This document shows, in pieces, positions 47,552 through 57,753 of a stretch of 64,000 nt of DNA (positions are counted from its first letter, which is position 1; each line of letters begins with the position of its first letter). Source of the DNA: an uncultured Planctomycetota bacterium (GTDB lineage Bacteria > Planctomycetota > CAZGEP01); contig CAZGEP010000004.1 of the NCBI GenBank assembly GCA_964524955.1, positions 3,627 through 67,626 of the forward strand, in the 5' to 3' direction. The notes under the pieces are model-generated. The model saw only the letters and a program-made list of their open reading frames with translations, searched no databases and was not told the origin of the DNA. The translations under genes were made by a program, and so were the position numbers.

Positions 47552-48429
47552 CAGTCAGCCTCCTCAATAAGCCCGAGAGTAAACGCCAGCACACCAAACC
47601 GGTCCGGCATATGTGTCTTCCAGCTCCTGCTCCAGGACATTTCGCCCACATGATGGCGAAACCGGAAAAAATTCACTCCCCAGAGCTTGGGAAATTTCTT
47701 ACCCGCAGGAACCAGACTGTTCAGCGGGATCGCCATTTCTATCAGGTATAATCCCTTCTTTCCAAGCTTGGTTTTAACTTTGGTTTCCGGATCCCAGTTG
47801 ATTTCATCTACTTCAAACGCGTCATAAAGCGTTCCCAATGTATTGACAATGATGTGATAGTAATCCCCGTGCTTGCGTGTGGCACCGGGCTGAAGCAGAA
47901 ATTCATGGTAAGCGTCTTCCCAGGTATGATCATCCCACATGGCCTGGTCGCGCTCCTTGATACGGCTCATTCGGTTAAACCGAGCCTGAAAATCAAACTT
48001 ATGTAATTCTTCTTTCATATAACTGGCTGGATCCAGACTCGGCTCTCTGCACTGGTACGTGATGTAGAGATACCCGGGATCGGTCAGCACAAAAACCTTG
48101 GCCGGATATTTCTTTGCAATATCACCTGCACCCGCATTGCGCTGAAGCGTAAACTGGGCAGCGTCCTTGTACAGGTCATCCAGGTCTCCGTCAATCGCTG
48201 GGCCTTTCTTTACATGCGGAACCACGGCAAACGGGACTGTATATTTTTTTGCTTTCTTTCCCTTTCCCTCGGTCCGGGAGGCTGCTTTCTCAGCGTCAGC
48301 CTTGAGCGCGGCTTTCTGCGCGTCACTGATTTTTTTAAACGGCCTGGCCGGATCTTCGGCTGCAACCGTTCCTGCGCTCATCACGCAGAAAATAATTAAT
48401 AAAAACCATTTTATTTCACCCATACCCAT
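47551..48429 (-). CDS. Secreted stand-alone CBM9/DOMON-like carbohydrate-binding protein
   Basis: Signal peptide. 'VPHVKKGPAIDGDLDDLYKDAAQF' and 'WGVNFFR'. One-nucleotide overlap with the downstream large gene. Confidence 0.45.
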   Translation of the reverse strand: MGMGEIKWFLLIIFCVMSAGTVAAEDPARPFKKISDAQKAALKADAEKAASRTEGKGKKAKKYTVPFAVVPHVKKGPAIDGDLDDLYKDAAQFTLQRNAGAGDIAKKYPAKVFVLTDPGYLYITYQCREPSLDPASYMKEELHKFDFQARFNRMSRIKERDQAMWDDHTWEDAYHEFLLQPGATRKHGDYYHIIVNTLGTLYDAFEVDEINWDPETKVKTKLGKKGLYLIEMAIPLNSLVPAGKKFPKLWGVNFFRFRHHVGEMSWSRSWKTHMPDRFGVLAFTLGLIEEAD

Positions 48430-48686
48430 ATATAACTCCTTCCAAATAAGTAGAATCTGCCATTAAAGACACATCAAGCAAAGATATAAATCTATTCGTC
48501 TATACCTGTTGGAAGCAATATGTGTTGATTTTTTTTAAAATTTTTTACCGCCAATTTACTATGACTATTAATTGATTCAAAATAAATCTCATCTTAACTT
48601 CATCTTAACAAAAAGATTATATATTGTATCCAACATCGTGCAATCGTACTATATATTCCCATTTAAGATCCTATCGGAGAATGAAA

Positions 48687-51059
48687 ATGACAAAGGTTGA
48701 CCTGCATGTTCACTCGCAGTATTCAAAACACCCGTCGGAATGGTTTCTCAAGCGGATCGGTGCCCAGGAATCCTATACGGACATTGAGCACATTTACCGG
48801 ACTGCCAAGAAAAACGGCATGACATATGTTACGATCAGTGATCACAACACCATTGAGGGTGCGCTGCGCTTGAATAAATCTCATCCGAGGGACACTTTTG
48901 TCAGCGCGGAGATGACCGCGTATTTTCCGGAAAACGGCTGCAAGATCCACGTTCTGGTCTTTGACATTGACGAACATCACTTCCGGGAGATCGACCGGCT
49001 GCGGAGCAACATTTATGATTTGCGCGATTATCTGCGCGATAACAACATCGCCTGCTCTGTAGCGCATGCCACGTACAACATCAATAACAAGCTGAACATG
49101 GATGTTCTGGAAAGACTCATTCTGCTTTTTAATGTTTTCGAAACCATTAACGGAAACCGCAGCTATGCCTTCAACCAGGTTTGGAACAGCGTACTCCACA
49201 GCCTGGACCCGGATGACATCAGCGAGCTCTACGAAAAGTACAGTATCGAACCCTGGGGCGATACCCCCTGGATCAAGGGATTTACCGGCGGATCCGATGA
49301 TCATGCCGGACTTCTAATCGGGACCACGTATACCAAGACCGGCAATCCGGAATCGGATATGAAGGAGTTTCTCAACAATATCCGCTCGCGAAAGACCTAT
49401 CCCGAAGGCGGAGACAATGACTTCAAATCCTTTGCGCTCTCGCTGTACAAAATCGCCTATGAATTCTATAAGACCAATTCCGGCAACAAGGGCGGGCGGT
49501 TCTGGAATCTGCTCAATGACATGATCTTTGAAGATAAAAAACCCGGATTTCTGGAACGCATGTCGGTAAAAAAGATCCGTACCGGAAACAATGATCAGGA
49601 CCGGGTGATCTATCAGTTTATTCAAAATTTCATTGAAGGCCTGGGCTCCTTTAATGATGGAAACGTGCATCAATACATCAGCAACATTTATGACAACGTG
49701 GCCACCCTGACGGATGATTTCTTCCAGATCATGCTCACCTCCATGGAAAAAGATTTAAAGTCCGGGGATCCGGCCAGGCTCTTCCGAAATCTTTCCGCGT
49801 TCCTGCCCGTGCTTTTCATGTCCACACCGGTTTTTTCCGCCTTTTATCACCAGAACCGGGAACGGGATCTGATTGAAGCCGTGGAAAAGAAATACCTGAA
49901 CAGGGAACGTTCCGATACACGAAAGATCCTCTGGTTCACGGACACGATTGATGATGTTAACGAGGTTACGGTTACACTTAAAAAGACCGCATGGATGGCA
50001 TACAATACCAACAAGAACCTCAAACTCGTCTTCTGCAACAAAAACGGTGAGGTCAACGGAAACACGCCTCCCAATCATATCAACCTTGAGAATGTGTACT
50101 CGTATTCGCCGGATTACTACAACTGCTTTTCCGTTCAGGTTCCGTCTATCCTCAAGTCGATTAATATCATTCACTCCGAACAGCCCGATGAAATAATTAT
50201 TTCCACCCCCGGTCCGATGGGAATCCTGGGCCTTATCTGCGCCAAGCTGCTCAAAGTGCGCTGCCGCGGAATCTACCATACTGATTTCCGGATTATGGCC
50301 GAACGAATCACCGATGATGAATCCGTTGCCTGTCTGGTCGAGGGATACATCCGCTGGTTCTACTCTCAGATGGATGAAGTCCGGGTGCCGTCCGATGAAT
50401 ACATTCGCATCCTCGGAGAACGGGGGTACGACAGAACCCGTCTTAAGAAGTCAAAACGCGGTTTGGACATGAACGTTTTCAAGTACAATGAAAAGTACCG
50501 GAAGGAGCTCAAGGAAAAACACTCCCTGAATGGAGGCATCACAGTACTGTACGCAGGCCGCGTCAGTTATGAAAAAAATATCGGATTTCTCAATGTGCTC
50601 TTTGATGAACTCACGGCCGAAGCCGGCGACATCCGTTTGATTATTGCCGGCAGCGGTCCGGCACTGGAGGAAATGAAAACGAACCTTTCCTCAAAAAAGA
50701 ACATCCTCTTCACCGGTGAACTCAAACGCGAGGATATGATCAAGTATTATTCCCTGGCCGACCTGTTTATATTTCCCAGTGCGTTTGAAACTTTTGGCAT
50801 GTTCATCCTGGAGGCCCAGGCCTGCGGTCTTCCCGTGCTGGTCACGGACCAGGGAGGCCCCAGGGAACTGGTGGAAAGCGGCACCACCGGATATGTGCTG
50901 CCGCTTCAGAAAGAATTGTGGAAGGATAAAATACGTCACTTCTCCCAACTGCTCCAAAACGATCCGGAAAAATATATTCGTCTCAGGCAAGCCTGCCGAA
51001 AGAATGTCGAAACCCGCTTCAGCTGGCAGACCGCACTCAAGGATATTGTGGAGACGTAA
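48687..51059 (+). CDS. Fusion protein: N-terminal PHP (polymerase/histidinol-phosphatase) domain plus a C-terminal GT1/GT4 glycosyltransferase
   Basis: 'VDLHVHSQYS...TISDHNT' PHP motifs. C-terminal 'GRVSYEKN...IAGSGP...FPSAFETFGMFILEAQACGLPV' is GT4-like. RBS 'ggaga' 6 nt before the ATG at 48687. Confidence 0.6.
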   Translation: MTKVDLHVHSQYSKHPSEWFLKRIGAQESYTDIEHIYRTAKKNGMTYVTISDHNTIEGALRLNKSHPRDTFVSAEMTAYFPENGCKIHVLVFDIDEHHFREIDRLRSNIYDLRDYLRDNNIACSVAHATYNINNKLNMDVLERLILLFNVFETINGNRSYAFNQVWNSVLHSLDPDDISELYEKYSIEPWGDTPWIKGFTGGSDDHAGLLIGTTYTKTGNPESDMKEFLNNIRSRKTYPEGGDNDFKSFALSLYKIAYEFYKTNSGNKGGRFWNLLNDMIFEDKKPGFLERMSVKKIRTGNNDQDRVIYQFIQNFIEGLGSFNDGNVHQYISNIYDNVATLTDDFFQIMLTSMEKDLKSGDPARLFRNLSAFLPVLFMSTPVFSAFYHQNRERDLIEAVEKKYLNRERSDTRKILWFTDTIDDVNEVTVTLKKTAWMAYNTNKNLKLVFCNKNGEVNGNTPPNHINLENVYSYSPDYYNCFSVQVPSILKSINIIHSEQPDEIIISTPGPMGILGLICAKLLKVRCRGIYHTDFRIMAERITDDESVACLVEGYIRWFYSQMDEVRVPSDEYIRILGERGYDRTRLKKSKRGLDMNVFKYNEKYRKELKEKHSLNGGITVLYAGRVSYEKNIGFLNVLFDELTAEAGDIRLIIAGSGPALEEMKTNLSSKKNILFTGELKREDMIKYYSLADLFIFPSAFETFGMFILEAQACGLPVLVTDQGGPRELVESGTTGYVLPLQKELWKDKIRHFSQLLQNDPEKYIRLRQACRKNVETRFSWQTALKDIVET

Positions 51060-51219
51060 AACTGCTTTTGAGAAAACGGAAAAGAGAATTCGACAGGATT
51101 AACAGGATCGACTGGATAAAAAAAGGATTTCTTGTCGTGCTGAAACGTAATTCTGCTTTTCATTGCGTCATCCTGGCCTGAACATCCTTGCGGATTTTGA
51201 ATTCATAATTTATATCTTT

Positions 51220-52686
51220 TCATTTTTCCTTACCCGCACCCAGAATCTGGGCAAGATTGGTTCTGACACGCAGCAGAATCTGGCTCTCTTCTCTGACAGC
51301 GGTAACCTGGATATTCTGGGACAGAATTCCGCTGAAAATTTTAAGAGGTACGGGCAATTCCGGTGATTCGCCGGAAACCTGGATCAAATGGAGAATGCTG
51401 GTGCTGGTATAAAAAGAAAGAGGCTGTCGGAGTTCTCCGTTGATGGGCTTTGCAGCGGCCTTTTCCAACAGGGAGCCGTCTGCCAGTTTTTCCAGCAGAG
51501 GAATGCTCCCCAATGCAAAGAAACTCTCTGTAAGCAGAAAACCAACCTTGCCTTTGATGTAGAGGCTCGCTTTGGCAATCGTCTTTTTTTCCGGCTGCTT
51601 TTTCCAGCGCTCAAAGAGCAGGTTCAAACTGGTTTCCAGTGCTTTACGGTTCTTGATGCCTGTCAGAAGAGCGGAATCGTTCATGGGAGTGGAAAAAAGA
51701 ATCAACTCTCTCTCAAAATATCCAAGAAAGGTCTCCAGATTCACATCCGAGACGGCTTCGAATTCGCGGATCTCGGTATTGTATTCTTCAAGAATTTCCG
51801 GATCAATGGATGCAACAATGGTCTTGTAAAGCCTGATCAGGTCTTTGCCGGAATTCATGGACTTGGCGATCACTGACCCGTCTGCCGGAAGTCGTACCGC
51901 CAGGCGGAGCGTTTGAGGCTTGCAGAATAAGAAGGCGGGGAGTCCGCGGTTTATATTCTTTGTTCCAACTGCAGCCCGAATTCCCTGGCTGTCCAGGCTG
52001 GCAGCAGCGCTGGTGAAGACTTCAAGGTTAAGAGAATCCATTAACCGATTAATAAAGCCCTTTCGCGGTGAAGCGATATGCATACTCATTATCGTACGGA
52101 GTATGGTTTCCAGATCTGCCCAGGCGATCAAGGGCGCCTGGTTATTGATCTGATTGTACCGCTGCAGAAAATGCGGCGCATCCTTGATCCCTCCGTTTCC
52201 GCGAAGCGTTCCGGACGCTGCTCCCTGTGCAATGGCTTCACTGTTGGAAAACCACACCCAGTGTTTACCATGGCTGAGAAAGCCCAGCGTCCGTCCTCCG
52301 CGTTTGTTGCTTACAGGTCCGGATGTATTCTCCGGCAGTGTGACGTTCAGCTGTTTCTGAAAGGGCCAGACCTTAAGAACCCGGTTCCATGATCCGGGCA
52401 TCTCCTTTGTCTTTGCGCCAACAAGAAACTTTACATTGTCTCCCTTGCCAATTTCAAGCAGGGCAATCAGAAGCTCATCATCCAGTTCTTTCATCACATC
52501 GGGTGTCAGACCAACCATCGGACCGAACATACGGAGCATGGGCCAGGACTTGTACCCGCGAACATATACAAACGCACGGGTGTGAGAAGGAAGCTGCCGC
52601 AGGGCCCGGGGAAATTCTACTGTATCTGCACCAAAGCACATTCCAGCAGTCACAACAAAGAGCATGCATATCAGTAATTGTTTCAT
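51220..52686 (-). CDS. Secreted hypothetical protein
   Basis: Signal peptide MKQLLICMLFVVTAGMCFG. Last gene of the sigma/anti-sigma operon. Confidence 0.4.
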   Translation of the reverse strand: MKQLLICMLFVVTAGMCFGADTVEFPRALRQLPSHTRAFVYVRGYKSWPMLRMFGPMVGLTPDVMKELDDELLIALLEIGKGDNVKFLVGAKTKEMPGSWNRVLKVWPFQKQLNVTLPENTSGPVSNKRGGRTLGFLSHGKHWVWFSNSEAIAQGAASGTLRGNGGIKDAPHFLQRYNQINNQAPLIAWADLETILRTIMSMHIASPRKGFINRLMDSLNLEVFTSAAASLDSQGIRAAVGTKNINRGLPAFLFCKPQTLRLAVRLPADGSVIAKSMNSGKDLIRLYKTIVASIDPEILEEYNTEIREFEAVSDVNLETFLGYFERELILFSTPMNDSALLTGIKNRKALETSLNLLFERWKKQPEKKTIAKASLYIKGKVGFLLTESFFALGSIPLLEKLADGSLLEKAAAKPINGELRQPLSFYTSTSILHLIQVSGESPELPVPLKIFSGILSQNIQVTAVREESQILLRVRTNLAQILGAGKEK

Positions 52687-54071
52687 TGAAGTTCTCCCTG
52701 TTTGGGGTTGTATTTGTATTGGATAACGATTCCTCTCTCATCTCTTCCCGTACCCCCGTCATCCTTCATGTTCGGCCCTGCACTGTACAGGATAAATCCG
52801 TCAAGGCTGCGCTTGTAAAGGAACGGTTTCCCCGTAAAGGGATCCGCAAGTCCTGCAGCACCTGCGATCTCATCCAGTTTCTGCGGCCATGCCTTATTCT
52901 CCAGATAAAATTCCCGCAATCTGCAGAGCACTTGAATCAGTAGAAACTTGGCTTTACACTTGATCATACTTGCTTTGGTTCTGGATAACGCAGGCAGAAG
53001 CATACGGGCAAGAAAATTCCAGTCCGGAATGGATTCCAGCAGTCGTTTATCAAAATCTATCCCGTGCAGTTCCACCATTTCAGGGTACGGCAAAACAACA
53101 ATCTCAATTATCTGGTCATAGAAACGTTCCAGATCCCGGATCATCAGACGGTCTGGATAGAGTATTGAAAACAGCTTACCCACCGCAGCCCTTCCATCTG
53201 AACCGATATTTTCGGTCCCGGGAATTCGAAGCCCGAGTACCTGACTGTACATATCCAGATCCATTCCACTCTGCCTGAATATCTGTCCGCAGGTTGTAAT
53301 ACCGAATATCTTCTCATACCCCATATATTTCTCTGGCTTAGGGACGTATTTGCTGTTTTCTGCTGCAAGCATCCGAATTTTCTGAAGTGTTGCAAGGTCC
53401 GCATTCTCTGACAACACTGCCATCTCAATAAAATCATGCGTCATGGCAAGCATGGCTGAACGGACCAGGCCGCCGATCAGAGTTACTTCATGCTCCAGGG
53501 ACTGGCTCATGCAATAAAGCATCCGGATATCACTGAGAACACCGTCCATATTATTTGTATGCAGTCTGTATGCTGCGCGTGCAATTACCAGCCGGGTCAG
53601 GGTTCTCATGCCGGTAATATGTGGCAGCAGCATGCCGGCCATCATCTCCTTTCCTCTTGAATCCATGGGAAAGGCGCAGCTATGCTTGGCTGCTGCATGT
53701 TCAAGAATTTCATAGGTCCGGACATTCGTCTCAATCAGTTCTTCCAGTCCTTTGCCGTCCGCCCATTGATACTTTTTATCGCCGCTGAGAAAGTTTTCGT
53801 ATGCTTTCTTTATATTAAGCATCACTTCCTTTGATGGAATTTTCATAACATTCATCGCCTGGATATAATCATAGGCAGCGTTGTCATCTCTGGGGATATC
53901 CGGGTAATCCGTAAATCCCATTTCTCGGATTTCAGCAACGGTCAGCACGGAAAAGGTTCTTCCGTCAACCGTTACTTGTTCCCGACCGTCTGCGGCCGGT
54001 TCATCACCAAACATAGGAACCAGCCAGGCTGCGAACAGGCAGATAAGCAGCGGTTTCTTAATAGAGTTCAT
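52683..54071 (-). CDS. Secreted hypothetical protein
   Basis: Signal peptide. ATGA overlap with the downstream gene and 14-nt overlap with the upstream anti-sigma gene. Confidence 0.4.
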   Translation of the reverse strand: MNSIKKPLLICLFAAWLVPMFGDEPAADGREQVTVDGRTFSVLTVAEIREMGFTDYPDIPRDDNAAYDYIQAMNVMKIPSKEVMLNIKKAYENFLSGDKKYQWADGKGLEELIETNVRTYEILEHAAAKHSCAFPMDSRGKEMMAGMLLPHITGMRTLTRLVIARAAYRLHTNNMDGVLSDIRMLYCMSQSLEHEVTLIGGLVRSAMLAMTHDFIEMAVLSENADLATLQKIRMLAAENSKYVPKPEKYMGYEKIFGITTCGQIFRQSGMDLDMYSQVLGLRIPGTENIGSDGRAAVGKLFSILYPDRLMIRDLERFYDQIIEIVVLPYPEMVELHGIDFDKRLLESIPDWNFLARMLLPALSRTKASMIKCKAKFLLIQVLCRLREFYLENKAWPQKLDEIAGAAGLADPFTGKPFLYKRSLDGFILYSAGPNMKDDGGTGRDERGIVIQYKYNPKQGELQ

Positions 54072-54642
54072 CGTTTTCCTCCTTGAATATATGTCGGGTC
54101 ATTGGTAAGGTGCGTAACCGGTATCCGGCATCCTTCACAACCGGTTGGTCATTCGGTTTCCGGTTAAAGAGCTGATAGACCACGGTGCGGGGACCACGCA
54201 CACTGGCACGGGCTTCCGCAAGGGCTTTCTCGCTCTGCTCAACTTTGCTTTTAAGCGTTGCGTTCTCTGCTCTCTGTTCATTGAGTTCCTGATCCAGATA
54301 GCGGATTTCACTGGACAGCGTACCGAGAAAGTATCCCATGATCATGCATCCTGCCATTAAACAGGCTGCCAGTGCCGCCAGCAAGGTTCGTCCGGATCGT
54401 TTCGCCGGACTGACCGGATCATCATTGATACCCAGATCCAGATCTGAGCGTTCTTCGGCCATAACCGGTTCATCACCGCGACAGGCATCCTGAAGCATGC
54501 GGTCCAGATCCCCGAACAAAGCCTGCTCGCGCGCGCACTCTTTGCATCCGGAGATATGGTCACGAAGAGCCCGTTCCTCTTCATTGCTTCGGTCCATGGC
54601 ATGAACTGTAAGCAATTCTCTGATTTTTTTGCAGTCCATCAT
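54058..54642 (-). CDS. Anti-sigma factor (zinc-finger, single TM)
   Basis: 'HISGCKECAREQ' zinc motif. TM 'LLAALAACLMAGCMIMGYFLG'. Directly downstream of the ECF sigma gene. Confidence 0.6.
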   Translation of the reverse strand: MMDCKKIRELLTVHAMDRSNEEERALRDHISGCKECAREQALFGDLDRMLQDACRGDEPVMAEERSDLDLGINDDPVSPAKRSGRTLLAALAACLMAGCMIMGYFLGTLSSEIRYLDQELNEQRAENATLKSKVEQSEKALAEARASVRGPRTVVYQLFNRKPNDQPVVKDAGYRLRTLPMTRHIFKEENDELY

Positions 54643-54663
54643 GTTTCCTCCTAATGAGAGTGT

Positions 54664-55200
54664 TCATCGAATCAGCCTTTCTCTGAGCAGTGCCCGGGCT
54701 TCACTCAGACGGGATCGGACACGTCCATGAGACATGCTGAGCAGACTGGCCATTTCCTGACCACTGAATCCTTCCTGATAGCGCATCAGTACCAGCTGTT
54801 TCATATCCTCGGGCAGGGACTCCACGGTCTTCCGGACCTGGATCACGGTTTCATTCTGCTCGGCGACAACTGCCGGATCCTGAGTTCGGTTCTGAATAAA
54901 TTCATCGGTCGTTTTCGCGGATAAGCCGTCAGCTTTCTTTCTGCGCATCCGGCTGATCAGCTTGAGCAGAATTCCGTACAGCCAGGTGTATACCGCAGAA
55001 TCGCCTCTGAATTTGTGGGCATACTGAACCGCAACCACAAACGTATCCTGACAAAGGTCTTCCGCATCATGCCGATTCCCAGTGTACGAAAGTGCGGCCG
55101 CATGCAGCCGGTCATAAAACATATTGTTCAGCCAGGTCAGCGCATCATCCCGACTTTTGCTCAAGTGTTCTCTGAATAGTTCGTTCTGGTTCATTGGCAA
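54664..55200 (-). CDS. ECF RNA polymerase sigma factor (sigma-24 family)
   Basis: Region 2 'DAEDLCQDTFVVAVQYAHKF' and region 4 'LVLMRYQEGFSGQEMASLLSMSHGRVRSRLSEAR'. Confidence 0.8.
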   Translation of the reverse strand: MPMNQNELFREHLSKSRDDALTWLNNMFYDRLHAAALSYTGNRHDAEDLCQDTFVVAVQYAHKFRGDSAVYTWLYGILLKLISRMRRKKADGLSAKTTDEFIQNRTQDPAVVAEQNETVIQVRKTVESLPEDMKQLVLMRYQEGFSGQEMASLLSMSHGRVRSRLSEARALLRERLIR

Positions 55201-55284
55201 TTGTTTCCTGGCTGCTTGATTCCGGATCCGTTACACCCGTTTAGTGTTGGTTCGAAGTAAAATGTTCGGGAAAAAATAATTTTC

Positions 55285-56136
55285 TCATCCCATATTTACC
55301 AGCGTGGCGGCCAGTGCACCAAGTATAATCCCTGCAATCTGACGATGGGTAATGCGTTCTTTCCAAATCAAAACCGCCAGGAAGGCGGTCAGGATGATAT
55401 TACAGACTGTTTTGGTCGGAAAGAAGACGATTCCCTCCAGATGCTCCAGGGCCTTGATAAATGTATACACGCCGATTACGTTTAAAACCGCCATCAGCAG
55501 TCCGGAACGGGTTTCTGCAGAGAAAACGCTCCAGTGCCTGCCCTCTTTAAACACAAGCAATGCCATTGCTCCCGTCGCGTAGATCCAGAACATGTAGTTG
55601 GAAATCAGACACAATCGACTGGCGTATTCATATTCGGAGATCACCTTGCTGGCCACCTGGGTCAGACCGGTACAGAAGGAAGCTGTCAGAACCAGCATCA
55701 TCCACCGCTTCCGGTTGCCGGTCACCTGAAGACGAAGGTTTCCAAAGAGAACAACACAGGGCAGCATCAGCAGAATACCGGAAATCTGAAGCACAGAAGG
55801 GATCTCGTTCCAGAAAAAGATCGAAGCCACCAGCGGAATCACCACAGACAGCCCCACAAACGTCCAGCCTACAGCCAGACCGCCCTGGGCCATGGCAAAG
55901 AAGAAAGTCCGCATGGCCGTGAACAGGCAGATACCCGCAGCCACACCGGTAATAATCAGTTTCGGTTCCGGGATCATGCCGCCGCTAATAATCAAACCCG
56001 CAACCGCGACAATCAAAGCGGCCAGGTACATGGTCAGCTGAACCGATGGGGTGTAGCATTTGCGTTCGCCTGAAGCTACTTTATAGCAGAGACTGAACAG
56101 GGTTATTGAAAGGATATGAAAAAAAAGATACGCCAT
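55285..56136 (-). CDS. EamA/DMT-family transporter (about 10 TM helices)
   Basis: 283-aa polytopic membrane protein with two similar halves. Confidence 0.45.
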   Translation of the reverse strand: MAYLFFHILSITLFSLCYKVASGERKCYTPSVQLTMYLAALIVAVAGLIISGGMIPEPKLIITGVAAGICLFTAMRTFFFAMAQGGLAVGWTFVGLSVVIPLVASIFFWNEIPSVLQISGILLMLPCVVLFGNLRLQVTGNRKRWMMLVLTASFCTGLTQVASKVISEYEYASRLCLISNYMFWIYATGAMALLVFKEGRHWSVFSAETRSGLLMAVLNVIGVYTFIKALEHLEGIVFFPTKTVCNIILTAFLAVLIWKERITHRQIAGIILGALAATLVNMG

Positions 56137-56145
56137 ATCGGTTTG

Positions 56146-57540
56146 CTACACTGAATCGTTTTCGCGGGACTCAATAAATGTTCTGTGTAGCGCTTCCAGT
56201 GCTTTCTGTTCATCCGCGGCCTTGATTACAAAGGGCAGGGCAATATCGGATCCGCCGTCGGAGATCACTTCGACATTCACTCCGGTTTCATACACGGAAT
56301 TGAATGTACGGCCGGCAATGCCCGGTGTTTCCCGAAGCGCCTCCCCCACAAGGCATATCAGGGAAACATCAATCATGGTTTCAATCCGATGAATAATGCC
56401 GTCGCGAAGTTTTTCCAATATAGCCACAGCCCGGTCTGCCTGGCTGGCGTCTATGACCAGGGAAAAACTGGCCATGGACGCGGCCATGGTGTATACATTA
56501 ATATCCTCTTCTCCAAGCCGGTCAAATACCTGTGAGGCCAGTCCGGAGGTGTTGGCCATGGCCGGGCCGTACAGGCTGACCAGGGCCACGTCCCGTTTGG
56601 CTGCCACACTCTGAATCACCCATTCCTTGGAAATATCCTTGTCGCTGATCAGTGATCCCGGTGCCTGGGGATCATACAGATTCTTAACCAGGATCGGGAT
56701 GTCCCGGAGTACGGCCGGTTCCACAATTCGCGGGTGCAGAATCTTGGCTCCGAAATATGCCAGCTCAGCGGCTTCATTGTAACTGAGGCGTCTGACATTT
56801 TTTGCCGCGGGCACGACCTTGGGATCCGCGCTCATGAATCCGGGAACATCTTTCCAGACTTCAAGTCGGTCGGCTTCAAGTGCGTAGGCGATAATGGCCG
56901 CGCTGTAATCGCTGCCGCCCCGCCCGAAGGTAGTCACGCTTCCGTCGGCTGCGCAGCCGAAGTAACCGGTAATGACGGGTATGGCCCCGGCTTCCAGTTC
57001 CGGCACCAGTTTTTCTTTGAGGTTTTTTTCCACCTGATCCATGACCGGGGTAGCGGCCCCGTATTTGCCGTCCGTCAAAATGCCCAGTTCATCGCCGTCA
57101 TACGCATTGGACCGCAATCCACGCGTACGAAGATGTCCGGCAAGGATAGAGGCGGAAAACCGCTCGCCGCAACTGATAATGTAATCATTCATGCGCGGAG
57201 TCAGCTCTTCGGTATAGGATACGCCGTACAAACACTTTTCCAGTCTGCTTATTTTGGCTCTCAGCCGGTCCAGTGTGTCCATGCGTATGGTTTCATCCAA
57301 TATAATTTCTGCTGCTACCGCGTGATGACGCTCTGTAAGTTTCTGGATACAAGGATCAATTACTGCTTCATCCTTGAGGGCCTGTGCGGTTACCTCATGG
57401 AGTTGATCCGTGACTCCCTGGATCGCTGAGAGCACAATGGCTACACGGTCTTCTGATGCATGGGTTTCAATTACATCGCCGGCCAGCTTCATGGATTGGC
57501 CGTCACTGACTGTTCCGCCTCCAAATTTCATAACTTTCAT
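56146..57540 (-). CDS. lysC: Aspartate kinase
   Basis: 'MKFGGGTV' N-terminus, amino-acid kinase fold and tandem C-terminal ACT domains. Confidence 0.85.
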   Translation of the reverse strand: MKVMKFGGGTVSDGQSMKLAGDVIETHASEDRVAIVLSAIQGVTDQLHEVTAQALKDEAVIDPCIQKLTERHHAVAAEIILDETIRMDTLDRLRAKISRLEKCLYGVSYTEELTPRMNDYIISCGERFSASILAGHLRTRGLRSNAYDGDELGILTDGKYGAATPVMDQVEKNLKEKLVPELEAGAIPVITGYFGCAADGSVTTFGRGGSDYSAAIIAYALEADRLEVWKDVPGFMSADPKVVPAAKNVRRLSYNEAAELAYFGAKILHPRIVEPAVLRDIPILVKNLYDPQAPGSLISDKDISKEWVIQSVAAKRDVALVSLYGPAMANTSGLASQVFDRLGEEDINVYTMAASMASFSLVIDASQADRAVAILEKLRDGIIHRIETMIDVSLICLVGEALRETPGIAGRTFNSVYETGVNVEVISDGGSDIALPFVIKAADEQKALEALHRTFIESRENDSV

Positions 57541-57753
57541 AATTCGTTCCTCTGATTGGGTTCTGTTACCATTCTATACCATAATTGTTTCTGTCAGAAT
57601 TACCGAGTTTATTTATACCAAAAACATTCCCGATTGCGAGAAAAAGATCACCCATACCTTTCCTTTTAACTTGTGTTATATGCTGCGTCAAATATAATGA
57701 AAATGTTTCCAGAATAAAACCAGGGCTTCTTATGCACGAAAGGAAGATGACGA

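Noticed and set aside
57541-57753. Possible lysine riboswitch (L-box) in the lysC 5' leader
   Set aside because: The reverse-complement leader lacks the conserved L-box elements (GAGGCGC...AGAGGUGC core, kink-turn). It is only about 200 nt of AT-rich divergent promoter.
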